Source: Saprolegnia diclina VS20
Taxonomy: Eukaryota
Length of the DNA: 64,000 bases
Reading direction: 5' to 3'
Assembly: GCF_000281045.1 (NCBI RefSeq)
Contig: NW_008246077.1
Coordinates: 124,654-188,653 of the forward strand
The position numbers and the translations under genes were made by a program. Below, in pieces: positions 37,271-49,200 of the stretch (positions are counted from its first letter, which is position 1; each line of letters opens with the position of its first letter). The notes beneath the pieces were generated by a model that saw nothing but the letters and a program-made list of their open reading frames with translations, did not search any database and was not told the origin of the DNA.

Positions 37271-38928
37271 ATGCAACAGCGCCCGAGCATGCTCTCGACC
37301 TCCGACTACCTCGATGAGGAGGAGCTCTGGACAACGATGTTTCCGGACGAGTCGTCCCTGCATGCAGCGGACCCGTCGCCACCGCAAGTCGCACACCGGG
37401 TCGCGGCCAACGCGTGCAAGGACGAAGACCCGTCGCTGTGGCTCCAGGTGATGCAAGTGGCTGACCTCGGTGACTCGTCGGCGTCGTTCCCACCGCCGCC
37501 AAACGCGGACGCGCCGGTCACGGGACCACTCACGCTTCCGATGCACCCGTCCGGCGGCAGTACTTCAACCTTCAGTGTTGGGCCCGACTTGATGGTATTT
37601 TGTAGGTCTCTCCAAGCCCGCGTTTCGCCACGACGGCTTGCTCGTTGTCGGCTCGGAGGCGAGTCCGACCGACTCGTTTGCGACCGAGCACGGTCTCTTC
37701 GTCTCCAACTTTCGGTCGCCAGACCATGGGTTCCTGCCCCTGCGCCACGTATGCAACCTCACCTGTCGCGCCTCATCGTCTCGTGTAGGCGGTCCGTGAC
37801 CTGCAGTGGATCGAGCCCCACGCAATCGTCCTCGCAGTTGGCAAGGACCTCCAAGTGCTGCATGTCGGCGCAACTGCCGCCGAGTGCCATCTCCAAGGTA
37901 CACACTTTGCTCGGCCCCATCCGCGATGGTTTGCGTAGCCCCCATCACGATGACGCACTCGAATCTCATCCGCGAGCTCGCCGTGTGCCCCGCCAACGCC
38001 CGGCAGGTTCTCTCGGGGGGTACGTTGCCGCTTGAACACAAACCCTCGACATGATGCATCGGAGATTAGGGTTTGACGAGACAGTGTGCATGACGGACCT
38101 CGACTGCGCCGACGTGCTCCTCAAATTCGACGCGCGGGACGTCGTGAGCAGTTTGCGCTGGATCCCCGATGGTCCATATCTCGCTGTCTGCATCCCTTTC
38201 TCTCATACCGAGTAGGCACCGCGCACCGCGTGAGCTGGACGACGGACGGCGGCGCGTATAGCATGGCCGACATCCGCGTCAAGTCGGCGTCGGGGCAGCT
38301 CAACGTGGCGTCGCCCTCGCTCTTTGTACCGACTTGGAGCTCTTGTGCTCCGTTCTTATTTCATTCGAGTAGCGCTTTGAAGTCACGGGCGGTCTCTACG
38401 CCCACGACTACGCGTCCGAGCACGACGTGGTCTTGGCGTACGAAAAGGGGCACCTCGCCTTTCTCGATGTGCGCAAACTGCCGGCGCACGATGCTTGGTA
38501 CACGCATGCGCTTCCACTCGTATTTTAAAGGGGTGCTCTTGTAGCTACCTCATGGTACAGTCGCCCCTCCACACGGTCGGTGAAGTGCGCAAATCGCTCT
38601 GCGGCGACGTCGCCCTCTTTGGCCTCGGCGGCTTCGCGATCGCTGACCTCTCTCGGGCGTCGTGCTTGCACCCGACCCGCTGCTCCATGTACGCTACGAC
38701 CGACTGCTTATCTCCAACCTCTGGCGTAGTGAGTTTTTCCCCGTCCACATGGACCCGACGCGCAAGACGAGCGGCGACTTTGCCGTCGACAACGTCAACT
38801 TGCTCGCTGTCAGCGACAGGTATTAATGCGTTACGATGACCAGGGTCACGCAGCTGCGTAGCGCCGGCCTCGTCTCCATGTACGACATGCAGACGCTCCG
38901 CGGCGTCGACGACACGTTTGCGCTCTGA
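37271..38928 (+). CDS. Hypothetical WD40/beta-propeller-like protein, multi-exon
   Basis: Coding-like codon bias with GT-AG introns. Segments AVRDLQWIEP, IRELAV..LSGG, VVSSLRW, HLAFLDVRK and LVSMYDM resemble degenerate WD repeats. Stop TGA at 38926-38928. Confidence 0.6.
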
Positions 38929-38934
38929 GTCTAC

Positions 38935-40494
38935 CTACTTGTGCAGCACGGCGCGAAAGAGCGTCGCGACTGGGCTCTCGGTGCCGCCGCCGCTTAAGAA
39001 CGCCTCGGCGTGCAATGCAGCGTAGTGTTGGAGCTCTTTGATGTGGCTGTCGTTGGTGGCCGCCGTCGCGCCTACGCATAGCCATTCATGCATTGGTGTT
39101 GGAGTATCGCACTTGTACCGGCCTGGGACTCGTACTTGGCGATGACTTGGCCTTCGACGATGGCAAGGAACCACTCGTGCTCCTACGCCCGCTCGTGAAG
39201 AGGGGATGCTCGAGACCGGTCTCGCGTACCTTGCTGCGCGTCGACTTGATGCGGCCGAGGTGGGACGTGGCAAGAAACGTTTTGAGTGACGGGGCTTGCA
39301 GCGTCTACGAGTTAAGTGTGTGAGCTAATGCGGACGCTGCGAAGCTGAAGCACCTGGAGAAAGGTGTGGCGCGTCGACCGCGACAAGTCGGCGACGCCGC
39401 TCAGAACGCGCTGGAGACAATTTTCAATCTGGTCGGTGACGCTCAGGAGCATCTCGAGAAGCCGCAACGTCGCGACGCACGTCTCCTTGGCGTCGTCGTC
39501 GTCCGGCTTGCATGTGCCAGAGTCATAGACGCGCTTCCAGAGCTGGAGGATCATGTCGATGGCTTGGAGAATGCCGTGGTTGGCGACGCGCGCGCCTTTC
39601 GCCTTGGGCGCCTTGGAGGCGTTCAAGAGCGCGTAGATGCGCGCGTGCTGCAGCCAGCGGCGGTTCGTCGCCGCATAGCGCGACTCGCAGATGAGCATGT
39701 CCCGGCGCAAGATGTAGACAAAGAACTGCAGCACAATGAGCGTCCTACGCATCGTCCTTATCGTCCGCATCATGCAAGAAGCAACGAGAACGCACCGATC
39801 CCAGACAGCGTTCATCGTCTTGGTCGCGGCTGTCTCGAGGAGCGACGCCATGATCTCCCAGCGGTCCGGGTACTCGAGCGACGTATTGCAGAGCGACGCT
39901 TGGTCAAAGACAAAAGTCAAGGACGCGCAGATGTCGACTGCGCGGTCGTACGACGGCTTCGAGTCCTCTATGACCTCGAGGCACTGCGAGAACGTCATGG
40001 CCGTCGGGTACTCCTTCCCGAGCGCGACGAGCGAGCGCAGCGCTGCATGCGCGATCTCCGGGTTGCTCGTCTTGAGCGATGTGTTGAGGTCAAAGACCTA
40101 CGTAAGCCATGAGGCGTGGTCCTTGCGACGAGAAAGGACGGACGAGCGAGTTGTTCATGCGCGACTTGACCGTCGACGATGGCGTAAAGGGCTTTTGGTC
40201 ATTGTCGAGGCGCAGCCGCTGGGGCGTCACAATGCTGACCGCGTCCTTATCGTCATCGTCGTCTTCCTCGATGCTAATGACACCACTGGCGTCGATGCGC
40301 GTGGCCGGTGGTGGACGTGGCGGCGGCGTAGAGAGGTCCACCGAGGCCAAGGACGCGCGCTTGGCGCGGGACGAAGGCGAGAAGAACGCGTCCATCATCG
40401 GCTGCGACCCATCAAGCGACGACCGCGGGGAGAAGAAGCCCGAGATCGACGGCTGCGCCTTGACGTCGTCGGGCTTGCGCTTCCGGCCCGACAT
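38935..40494 (-). CDS. Hypothetical nuclear protein: NLS, two PIP-box-like motifs, SIM-like motifs, helical C-terminal domain; multi-exon
   Basis: MSGRKRK, QPSISGFF, QPMMDAFF, SVDLS and VISIEEDDDDD, followed by Leu-rich helical exons. Confidence 0.7.
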
Positions 40495-40633
40495 GCTGCC
40501 AATGTGAAAATGGGAACTCGAAAAAAGAAAATGAAAAAAAATGAAAAAAATGGTTTTGAGTTTCGTTTCGTTTGGTGCACAGGAATTCTGTATGCGAGTC
40601 CAAAATCTTGAAATCTCGCAACCGCTGCAAGCC

Positions 40634-41227
40634 ATGGATTACACGGCGCTGGCCGCCACCGAGACGAACCCGGTCAAGACGCGGTCAAGTGGGCGCCTCG
40701 ACCTCGCGACCGGCGTCACGACCGTGCTCCAGCAGCGCGGCAAGACGCTCTTCCACGTCGGCTTCCGCGACGGCCCTCGGCTCTGCCTGCATCCCGAGGA
40801 AGCGTGGTGCTTGGCGCACCGCGGGGTCCTCGACGTGACAACGGTTGACAGCGAGACCGCCCTGCCACTGCGCGACGTCTGCGCGCACCTCGAGAAGTAC
40901 ACGCCTCGCGCCTGCCGAGAGGCCTACTGCTTCCTGCGCGACCGCAAGTTTTACCCTATGCGCCATGCGAGGACGCCGTCGCCGCAAGTGTCGACGGCAA
41001 CTGCCATCCACATCGCGTACGACGTCTACGCCGGCAAGAAGATGACGCCATGGCCGCTCTTCCGCGTCGCCGTGTTTGCGTGGGATGCAGCGATGCCTCA
41101 TGCAACAGCACTCCTTGCGGCCATCGGCGACGACGACGTGCCATGGAAGCTCCTCGTGGTCGACGACGAAGGCAGCGTCTTGAGCTACGAGATCGACAGT
41201 CGTCGTGGCCAAGCGCACGTGTATTAA
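40634..41227 (+). CDS. TSEN54: tRNA-splicing endonuclease subunit Sen54 (compact), single exon
   Basis: RGK..FHVG....RLCLHPEEAWCLAHRGVL (Sen54 N-terminal L.PEEA.yL..RG motif), EAYCFLRDRKF and IAYDVY. Confidence 0.75.
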   Translation: MDYTALAATETNPVKTRSSGRLDLATGVTTVLQQRGKTLFHVGFRDGPRLCLHPEEAWCLAHRGVLDVTTVDSETALPLRDVCAHLEKYTPRACREAYCFLRDRKFYPMRHARTPSPQVSTATAIHIAYDVYAGKKMTPWPLFRVAVFAWDAAMPHATALLAAIGDDDVPWKLLVVDDEGSVLSYEIDSRRGQAHVY

Positions 41228-41269
41228 TAAATTATGGTGGCGACACGGACAAAAAACGCGCCAACGCGT

Positions 41270-42376
41270 TCACGACTCCTTGTTGAAGTAGCACGTCAGG
41301 AACGTCTGCGGGTCCAAGACGAACTCGTCCGACGGCGCTTCGTCCTCAAAGAGAATGAGGTCCGTCGAGTCATGGCCAAAGTCAAAGGCCGCATCGCAGT
41401 GGTAGATGGGCAGAAATTGGTTCTTCTTCATCATCGAGACGGGCGACGACGCTGCCGAGCCCTCCGGCACTGTTCCGTCCTTTAGGCTCACTTCCGACGT
41501 CGACGACGACGAGAACCAGTCCTCGTCCGTACCCGGCATCGCATCGGCGCTCACGGGTGAGAGCCGCTCGAGGCTCGGGTCAAAGTCCGTCTTGACCGAG
41601 GTTTCGGGAAAGTCGACGACCATGGGCGCATCGAATGCGACCATGCCCCGCGAGACCGTCACAGGCCGCCGGGGCGGCAGCATCGGCGACGGTGCCCCAC
41701 TTGTGTTGACCGCCACACTTATGTCGACGCTCACGTTGCGTGCGCGCGCGTCGGTCGCCGTGCTCGATCGGAGGCACGGCGGCTTGAGGGCCTCCATGTT
41801 GAGCTTCATGTCGGCGTCCTTGCGCTCGCGTAAGAGCTTGCGCGAATAGTGGCTGTCCTCAAAGCTATACTTGCGCTTCTTCAGGCTCGCGGATGTCGCC
41901 TTGCGGTCATGGTCCATGCCAAACGGCGACGCAAAGTCGCGGTCCTTGCCCTTCGCCTCTTCCTTGGCGAGCTTTTGGTAGTACTTTTGGGCGTGCGTGC
42001 GAATCTGCACGACGCTGCGCGTCTTGATGAGCGTCGCAATCTTCTTCCACGCGCGGTATGGGAAGCACTCGAGGCCCTTTAGAAAAAGCTTGTGCTCGGC
42101 GTCCGTCCAGCGGCCCGTGTTCGGCTTGCAGTCGCGCGGGATATCCGTGTCGCTGTCGCCGTCATCTTCCGGCGAAGATTCGCCACTCAGTGTGTTGTGG
42201 AATGCAGCAGCTTCCGCCGCCTCGCGCCGCGCATGGCCGGCCGTCATGCCGGGCGACGTTGGCGACCCGAGGCCCTCCATGCGCTCGGCCTTGAGGCGCT
42301 CGAGGCGAAGTGGGGCAGCGACCAGACTGTCGTCCGTCAGCAGCGACATCATAGGCGTCGACGGGGCAGAGCTCAT
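41270..42376 (-). CDS. Single-repeat MYB transcription factor (SHAQKYF class)
   Basis: NTGRWTDAEHKLFLKGLE...WKKIATLIKTRSVVQIRTHAQKYYQKL. Confidence 0.93.
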   Translation of the reverse strand: MSSAPSTPMMSLLTDDSLVAAPLRLERLKAERMEGLGSPTSPGMTAGHARREAAEAAAFHNTLSGESSPEDDGDSDTDIPRDCKPNTGRWTDAEHKLFLKGLECFPYRAWKKIATLIKTRSVVQIRTHAQKYYQKLAKEEAKGKDRDFASPFGMDHDRKATSASLKKRKYSFEDSHYSRKLLRERKDADMKLNMEALKPPCLRSSTATDARARNVSVDISVAVNTSGAPSPMLPPRRPVTVSRGMVAFDAPMVVDFPETSVKTDFDPSLERLSPVSADAMPGTDEDWFSSSSTSEVSLKDGTVPEGSAASSPVSMMKKNQFLPIYHCDAAFDFGHDSTDLILFEDEAPSDEFVLDPQTFLTCYFNKES

Positions 42377-43040
42377 GACGATGACGATGTTTCCTCGACG
42401 CGGCTCGATCGATTGTGATGGACCGATCGGCGTGACCGCAGGGTCGTTTCATGGGCTAACACACGTGCCCCTATCTTTTCGTCTGGATTTAAACCAAGGT
42501 TTGTCTAGAAACACGCCAATTCGATATTTCAAACCATGGAACGATGCACCGCGATGTGCGCGCGCCCATTGGTCCGCTCTGGCCTTCAATCGCGCCACTG
42601 ATTGGCTGTGCGTCCGAAACCGACGCGCCTTCGCCAGGCGGCATACAAACAGCAAGTGACGCCGGCAAGATTCGCAATTAAAAAGAAAGAGCATAGAAAG
42701 GCCAAGCGATTTAATTAGAAAGGCAACGATTGAATTTTCGAACCGGCGGAGATCAGCCATGGCGAGTCCATATTGCATATTGCATATTGTGGATTTTGCT
42801 ACTGCGCGCTGCCGCCATCTTGCCGTGCATGCGATCAATATATTCGTCCTGCAATGGCAGACGAGAGTGGGCCAGTTCGTACAGAGCTGTCCATCGCATC
42901 CGGCGAGGACCATATTATATGGAAGAGAACGAGAAGGTAGCCATCGACGACGCTATCATCCTTCAGCTGCAACCATAATATCGAAGCCGATCCGGATACT
43001 CCAACTCTGCTCCCGTGTTCGATATTTTAGCGGTCGTCGA

Positions 43041-44252
43041 TTATTGCTGTGGCTCGATTTGCGCAATGTCCCAAGGCCCTTGGATTTCGCTAGAGCAAAG
43101 ACGAGGATGAGGCGCGCTCGCGAAGATGGACGCGCGTACTTCTTGTACTCTTGGGCGTGCATGAGCCAGAGCGGGCACACGAACGTAATGAAGCCGGCCG
43201 TGATGAAGACGACGACCGACACGAGCGGCGAGATGGGCCACATCAAGAGCAGCGCCGTGCCAAAGAGCACGAGTGCCAACGACAAGTGCATGTGCTCGGA
43301 CGTCTTCTACATGCAACAGGTCGAGGGCAATCCATGCAACGAGATGTCGACCTTGATGCTGTGTTGAACCATTGGGCAGATCGCAAACACCTCGATCGCA
43401 AAGAGCACAAACGAAAACACTTGCTCGTTCGAGTGCAAGAGAGACGCAAGCAGCACCGACGTAAAGATGGCCGCGTTGAGCGAGATGGTCCCCGCGTACC
43501 TAGCATCTTCATCGTACATACACATGACGCATGCAGGAACTACTTGAACGTCGTGCCGTTGATGTACGTGTAGTCGTGCGAGATAAGGTGGATGCCGGTA
43601 AGCGAGATCGAAAGCGCCCAGATCGTGTCGGCCGCGTACGACTCGGTGAGCGTGCGCAGCACGGGCGAGAGGATTGAGAGCGTTGCCGTGAAGAGAAGAC
43701 ACTCCTTCGTGACTTGCAGTACATCTAATGAAGTTGGGACAAAGATTTCACGGCAAAATGCGCACCAATCTCCGTGTCGCCGCACGACCGCAGCGCTGCA
43801 TAGCCCATGAGCGCGACGATCACATCGACGCCGGCGAGGAGGTGCCACGACCACACGCCTTTGCTCGAGTTGACAAAGATCGCCTACGCACCATCAAATC
43901 CTTCCTCAAGCAACGCGATCGTACAAAGAAGATGAGCACGAGACTCATCTGCTGCGTGAGCGCGGCCGACGACTTGGTCATGCCCCAGTAGTCGTACTCG
44001 CGCACATTCTCTACGTCGGGTATGAGCCAGGACACAAGCGCGGTCGTACCGTTGGTGCGGAGTTGCTCGAGGAAGGACGAGTCGACGTACCAGTCCTCGT
44101 ACGGCTGTTCTTCCCAGAGGATCTTTCGCCACACCTACGCTGGCGCATGAGGCGAGGAGGCCATCGCGCACTGCGAGCACCTTCTTCTCGCTCGTCGGCG
44201 CGCGCCCACACACGTGGCACTCGTCCTTGCGCTCAAGCCGTCTCGACGCCAT
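43041..44252 (-). CDS. PIGC: GPI-GlcNAc transferase subunit C (PIG-C/GPI2), multi-exon
   Basis: WRKILWEEQPYEDWYVDSSFLEQLRTN, LSPVLRTLTESYAADTIWAL, HDY, SLNAAIFTSVLLASLL and QEYKNEIQGPWD, all PIG-C hallmarks. Confidence 0.93.
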
Positions 44253-44516
44253 ATTTGCTCGTCCTCGTCGCCCAATCCGATCGCGTTGTGCAGCACGAGC
44301 CAATCACGGCGTCGCATTTCACGCGTGATTTGCATATCTTCCTTGCCGTTCGTGCCGTCCAGCGCTTTGGCGAGCTCCTTGCTCGGGCTTTTCTCCGTAG
44401 CTCCTCCACCGAACGCATGCCACGTACCCGTACAAGCCGTCGCTATGACTTGTCGGCAAAGCACTGCACAGTCGCGTGCCCTGACTAGAAACGCTCCCGA
44501 CAACCGCCAAGCCGCG

Positions 44517-46162
44517 ATGAGCAATCTGGCACAGAGCGCCGAGGCAGAGCTCGCCAAGGTCCGCGCCGAGGGCGACTGGGTGCTCATCAAGATCGAGATG
44601 GAGAAAAAAGCCATGGAAGCCACGACGGCGGCCATCGCAGAGGCGCAGGACGAGATGAAGCGGCTGCGCGCAGCCAAGAGCAAGCAGCGCACCAAAATGT
44701 ACTAGTACATGCCCGCAGGCGTCGACCTCATAGTTTTGTGCCAGCGCCCACCCGCGCCGTCGCAAGCAGCTCGCAGACTCTGAGCAGCGCCTCCATCTCG
44801 CACTGCAAGGGAAGCGCCAGCACATTGCGACCCTTCGCCTCGTACGTTCCTTTGCTCCTACATACCGTCGAGGACACCCGACTCGCAGGCGATTGACGAC
44901 GCGCGGCGCGCCAAGCTCGACGCCGCAGCCGCTTTGGCGACCGAAGCAGCATGTGCCAGCGACTGGGAGGCCAAGATCCAACGCACGCTCGCCGATCTCG
45001 AGACGGCGCAAGCGAACGACGCGGCAGTTGCGGACGAGATCAAGCGTCTCCAGGCGACGATCGATGCCAACGAGATGGCGTTCCTCGCAGAAAAGCAGAA
45101 GCTTACCGCCGAGCTCCAGCAGCCGCTCGTCGAGCGCACACACAAGGCCTACCGCACCCAAAACCATGAGGTACATGCTTGGCAAATGTCCGTCGTGTTA
45201 CTACACGCTCTTCTAGTTGGAGTATCGCAAGAAGAGCAACCTCTCGTACTGCAACCACCGATCGTACTATCGTAGGAGGAACGACTCCCTTTTAGGTGGC
45301 TCAAGGCGCGCAAGAAGGTCGACTTGGTCAAGCGCACCGAGTCCCTCGAGCGCAAGAAGGAGCTCCTCGACTATGCGCTGAGCGCGACGCAGAAGCCAAA
45401 CGTCGTCGCACTCGTCACCACGTTCTTGGCGCAGGAAGCCAAGAAGACTGCCGTCGCGACTACGCTCGCAGACCGCGCTTCCCGCCGTCCGTGCCTCATA
45501 CTGCTCCTCCTTCCCTCACTCTAGTGTGCACGCTTGTAGACGCCCATGTACTCGCCACCATGGCCGACGTCGAGACCGAGCTCGCCAAGCTGCAGCTCGT
45601 TCAAGTCCACGCCAACCCGTTTCGCGCCGACCTTGTCGCAGCGCTCGAGGCCTCGCAGGACCGCGCCAACGTCGTCGCCGCCGAGAGCGCCGCCGTCGAC
45701 ACCACGTACGCAAGTTGAGCTTTTGGCAGCTACAGTATGTTTCTTGTCATAGGCTCCAGCAGCTGGAAGCGCCGATCGCTGCGCTATACGAACTCGCGTT
45801 CGAGACGACGCCGACCGAGATCGTACGATCAACTCTGTGCACCGGACTCATGGCATCTGTAGGCCCCGCATCTGCTCGTGGGTCTCTTGGCGCGCGTCGA
45901 GGCGCGTGTCTCGGAGCAAGTGCTCTCGCGCGTCGCCCGCGCGTGCCAAGGCGTGGCCGACAGCAGTACGTGGCCGTCGCTGCCGCTCGTCGCGCGCTTC
46001 CTCGAGCTGCGATGCGCCGCCGCATATACATCGCCGCCGATCGTCGTCCCGCCGTCCATGAGGACGCAGCGGAAAACGTCCGGCGAGGACGACGACAAGT
46101 GGCCCGTCCACTCCAAAGCGCTTCTCGCTGCGCTCCACGCCAAGCGCAATAAGCCGCAATAA
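44517..46162 (+). CDS. Hypothetical coiled-coil protein, multi-exon
   Basis: Ala/Glu/Lys-rich heptad segments across several coding-biased exons with GT-AG boundaries; no family recognised. Confidence 0.6.
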
Positions 46163-46213
46163 GAAGACGCAAGAACAAGACCAACGGAGGGTTATCTCCT
46201 TGCATACATACCA

Positions 46214-49200
46214 CTACAGGGCGCGCCAGACGCGTCGCCGCTTGGCCTTGGCCGGCGCACTCAATGGCGCAAAGACGTCGCTCGGGAGGTCGGGAAAGCC
46301 GTCGAGGCGCGCCCACGGGTCCATCTTGCGCTTGTTGGCCATCGGCAGCGGCCGCGCGCCGTACACGCTCTTGGGGAATATCACAAACACGCGGCGCTGG
46401 AGCGCCGGTGGCAGGCGCAGGCCCCGCACAATGTCCTACATGTATCCACATGAATCGACTCGTCCAAGAAGACGAAGAAGGTACCGCGGTCTCCATGTCG
46501 GCAAAGACGGTCGACGGAATGAGCGGAATAAGATCCAAGATCCACGAAAAGAGCGGAAGGCCCGTGTCCGTGCACACGAGCGGCGTCTCGAGGAGACTCA
46601 CGAGCACCTTGATGATGCCGTTGCGGTACGGCAGCGTGTAGTTGGTCACCGACGCAGCAATGCTCACGAGCTGGAGCCGCAGCGCGAGCTTGCGTCGGAG
46701 CGCCGCGCGCACCGCACAGTCCGCGGGGTCGGCTTGGAATGCCGCGCGGAGCCCCTCGAGCTGCTTGAGCAGTGACCGCAAGAAGCGCGCGTACATGGTC
46801 GCTGGCGTCAACGGCGCCGTGAGCACGCGCCGGAGAAAGGTCGCGACCGCCGCCGACGAAAACGTGCTCAGGAATTCGTCGCACGTCGTTGGCAGCAAGC
46901 AGTCAAACTCGAGCTGTTCGCAGACGCGCGAGACGACCGCGCCGAGGACGCTGGCGGTGATCTGCGCCGACGGAATGCACGTGACGCACGACGCGAGCAG
47001 GTGCGCGTTCGCCACGTCGCATGTTTCACGCTGAGCGAGCGCGCGCTCGGTCGAGGACGCCGGACTGGCCACGTCTGGTGCGTAAAACGACGGGCGCGCA
47101 CATCGCACAAAGAGCTTGTGGGCCACGAGGATGCCAATCTTGTCGCTGGACGAGAGCGTCGACGACGCCAAGTGCGTGTCGTCCAAGGACGGCGGGGGCA
47201 GCGCCAAGAGCGGTGCGTAATTGCTACGCACCTCGACGACGCGCGTGTCGACAAGCCGCGGCAAGGTCGGCTTCTTCGCGCGCTTGACCGCCTTGGCGTG
47301 CTGCCGGACCATTTGCACTTCGAGGTACGTCGACCCACCTCGGTGCACGAGCCACTTGTCCATTGCCTCAAAGATCGCTTCGGCTTTGAGCAGCTGGATG
47401 CGGTTCATGGCGAGCTCGGCCGGCGTGTTGAGCGGCCGGCTGAGGTGCTTGAGGAGCACGTTGAGCATCCAGACGTTGTCCGGCTCCTTGGCCGCGTTGG
47501 CGATGTAGCGCTCGCGAAGCTCCTTGTCGGCAAAGAGACTCTCGCGCACGAGCATGTCGTTCGTGCAGTGGAAGAGGATGAGGCTCGCGAGGTTGCCGCG
47601 CTCGTCCCGCGGCTTGAGCGTCTGTCCGTCCGTCGTGAGCTGGTACGACATTTGGCAAAACAGCAACAGCAGTGGAAACAAGACGGTCGAGGGCACCATG
47701 CTCCGAAGGAAACGCCAGTGGTACTTGAGCATCGGGTCGTCGATCTGCGCCATCGTCTTGGCGTCAATCTGCGTGTACTGCGGCGGCGCGTCGCCGAGCA
47801 AGTGGAAGGCGAGCGCCATCGAGAGCAGCTGGTTCGGGAGCGACCGCGCCTCGGTGGTCTTGGCGTTCTTCTTTGGAAAGCCCGGCACGAGCACATACCG
47901 AATGACTTGGGGGAGGTCGAGGATGCCGTGGAGGACGAGCGACTGCAAAAAGAGCTTGAGACCGTACTGCGCCTTGTCGAGCCGGCCCTTGAGGTTGCAC
48001 GCATACGCTTCTTTGCCGCTCGAGTCGCCGCGCGAGAGGAACGGGTGCTTGGTCTTGCCTTTGGCGTCGGCCTTTTCGAGGCCGTTGAAGCCCACAATGA
48101 CCTCGCGGTGGAGCCACGCGAGGAGCGTGTCGCGAACGAGCTTGCGGTCGCCTTCGTCTTGCGCGTCGATAAAGTCCCGCAAGACGCGCACGCACCGGTG
48201 CAGGTGCTGCGGCACGAGGAAATGGATCTGCCGAATCGAGTTGGACGCCGTTGCCTTCTTGGCCGCCGTCGCATGCAGCAGCGCGAGCCACTTGTCCATG
48301 ACTTCGGTCAGGAGCGCGCGGAACACAAAGATGCGCTGCTGCGACGTCGACGGGTTGTGCGCGAGGAGTGCGTTCACGGCCTCTTCGACACCAACGTCCC
48401 GGCACGCCATCTCGCTCGCGTCCACCGAGCCCATGAGGTGCGTAAAGCTGCGCGCCACCACCGGGCTCGGCTCGTCATTCGGACTCAGCCCCGCAAAGAT
48501 CTTGGCGAGGACGGCCGCGAGGTCCGGCCCCATCGTGTCCTTGTCCTTCGGGAACGCGCACTTGTGGTTGACGCCTTCGAGCGAGAGGTCCTTGCTCGGG
48601 TCCGTCTTGAGCTTGTCTTCTTTCAAGATGGCAAAGAACGCCTTCGTGAGCACTTCGGGCGGTGACCGCGCGTCGAGCGCCTTGAGCGCCTTATCGAGCG
48701 CCTTCGAGTTGCTTTGGTAGATGCGCGCAATGAACATTGCGATCGTCTGCACCTTGTCGTCCGGGTCAAAGCCGTGGCGGCGGAACGCGTGGCACCGGTA
48801 CTCGTACGCTTGGATGAGCGCGAGCAGGTCCTGCGACGCGTAGAACGTCATTTGGTGCCGGTCCAAAAGCGGCATGAGCACGGCTTTCACCATGTACACG
48901 GGAGCGTGCCGGACAAAGTGGATGACGACTTCGAGGAGGCTCAAGACGTCAATGAGCTCGAGCAGCACGAGCAACAGGCGCAGCGTAAACTCGACATTGC
49001 AGAGCTCCGAGAGCGCGAAAAACCCCGCGTCGTCGACAGCGTACACACGCGCGAGCAGCCACTGCGTCAGCCGCGTCTTGTCGTGCGCCGTGAGCCGCTT
49101 GATGGCCGAGTAGAGCTCGACGACCTTGGTCATGACCTCAAACTCCGTGCTCTGCGCCGTGGAAAAGACAGCCATGCAGAGACCCATCGCCCGCTCCAGC

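Noticed and set aside
47001..48665. Long antisense ORFs (also 33758-34984, 61491-63056, 50229-51353 and many others)
   Set aside because: Shadows of GC3-biased real genes on the opposite strand, with no recognisable motifs.
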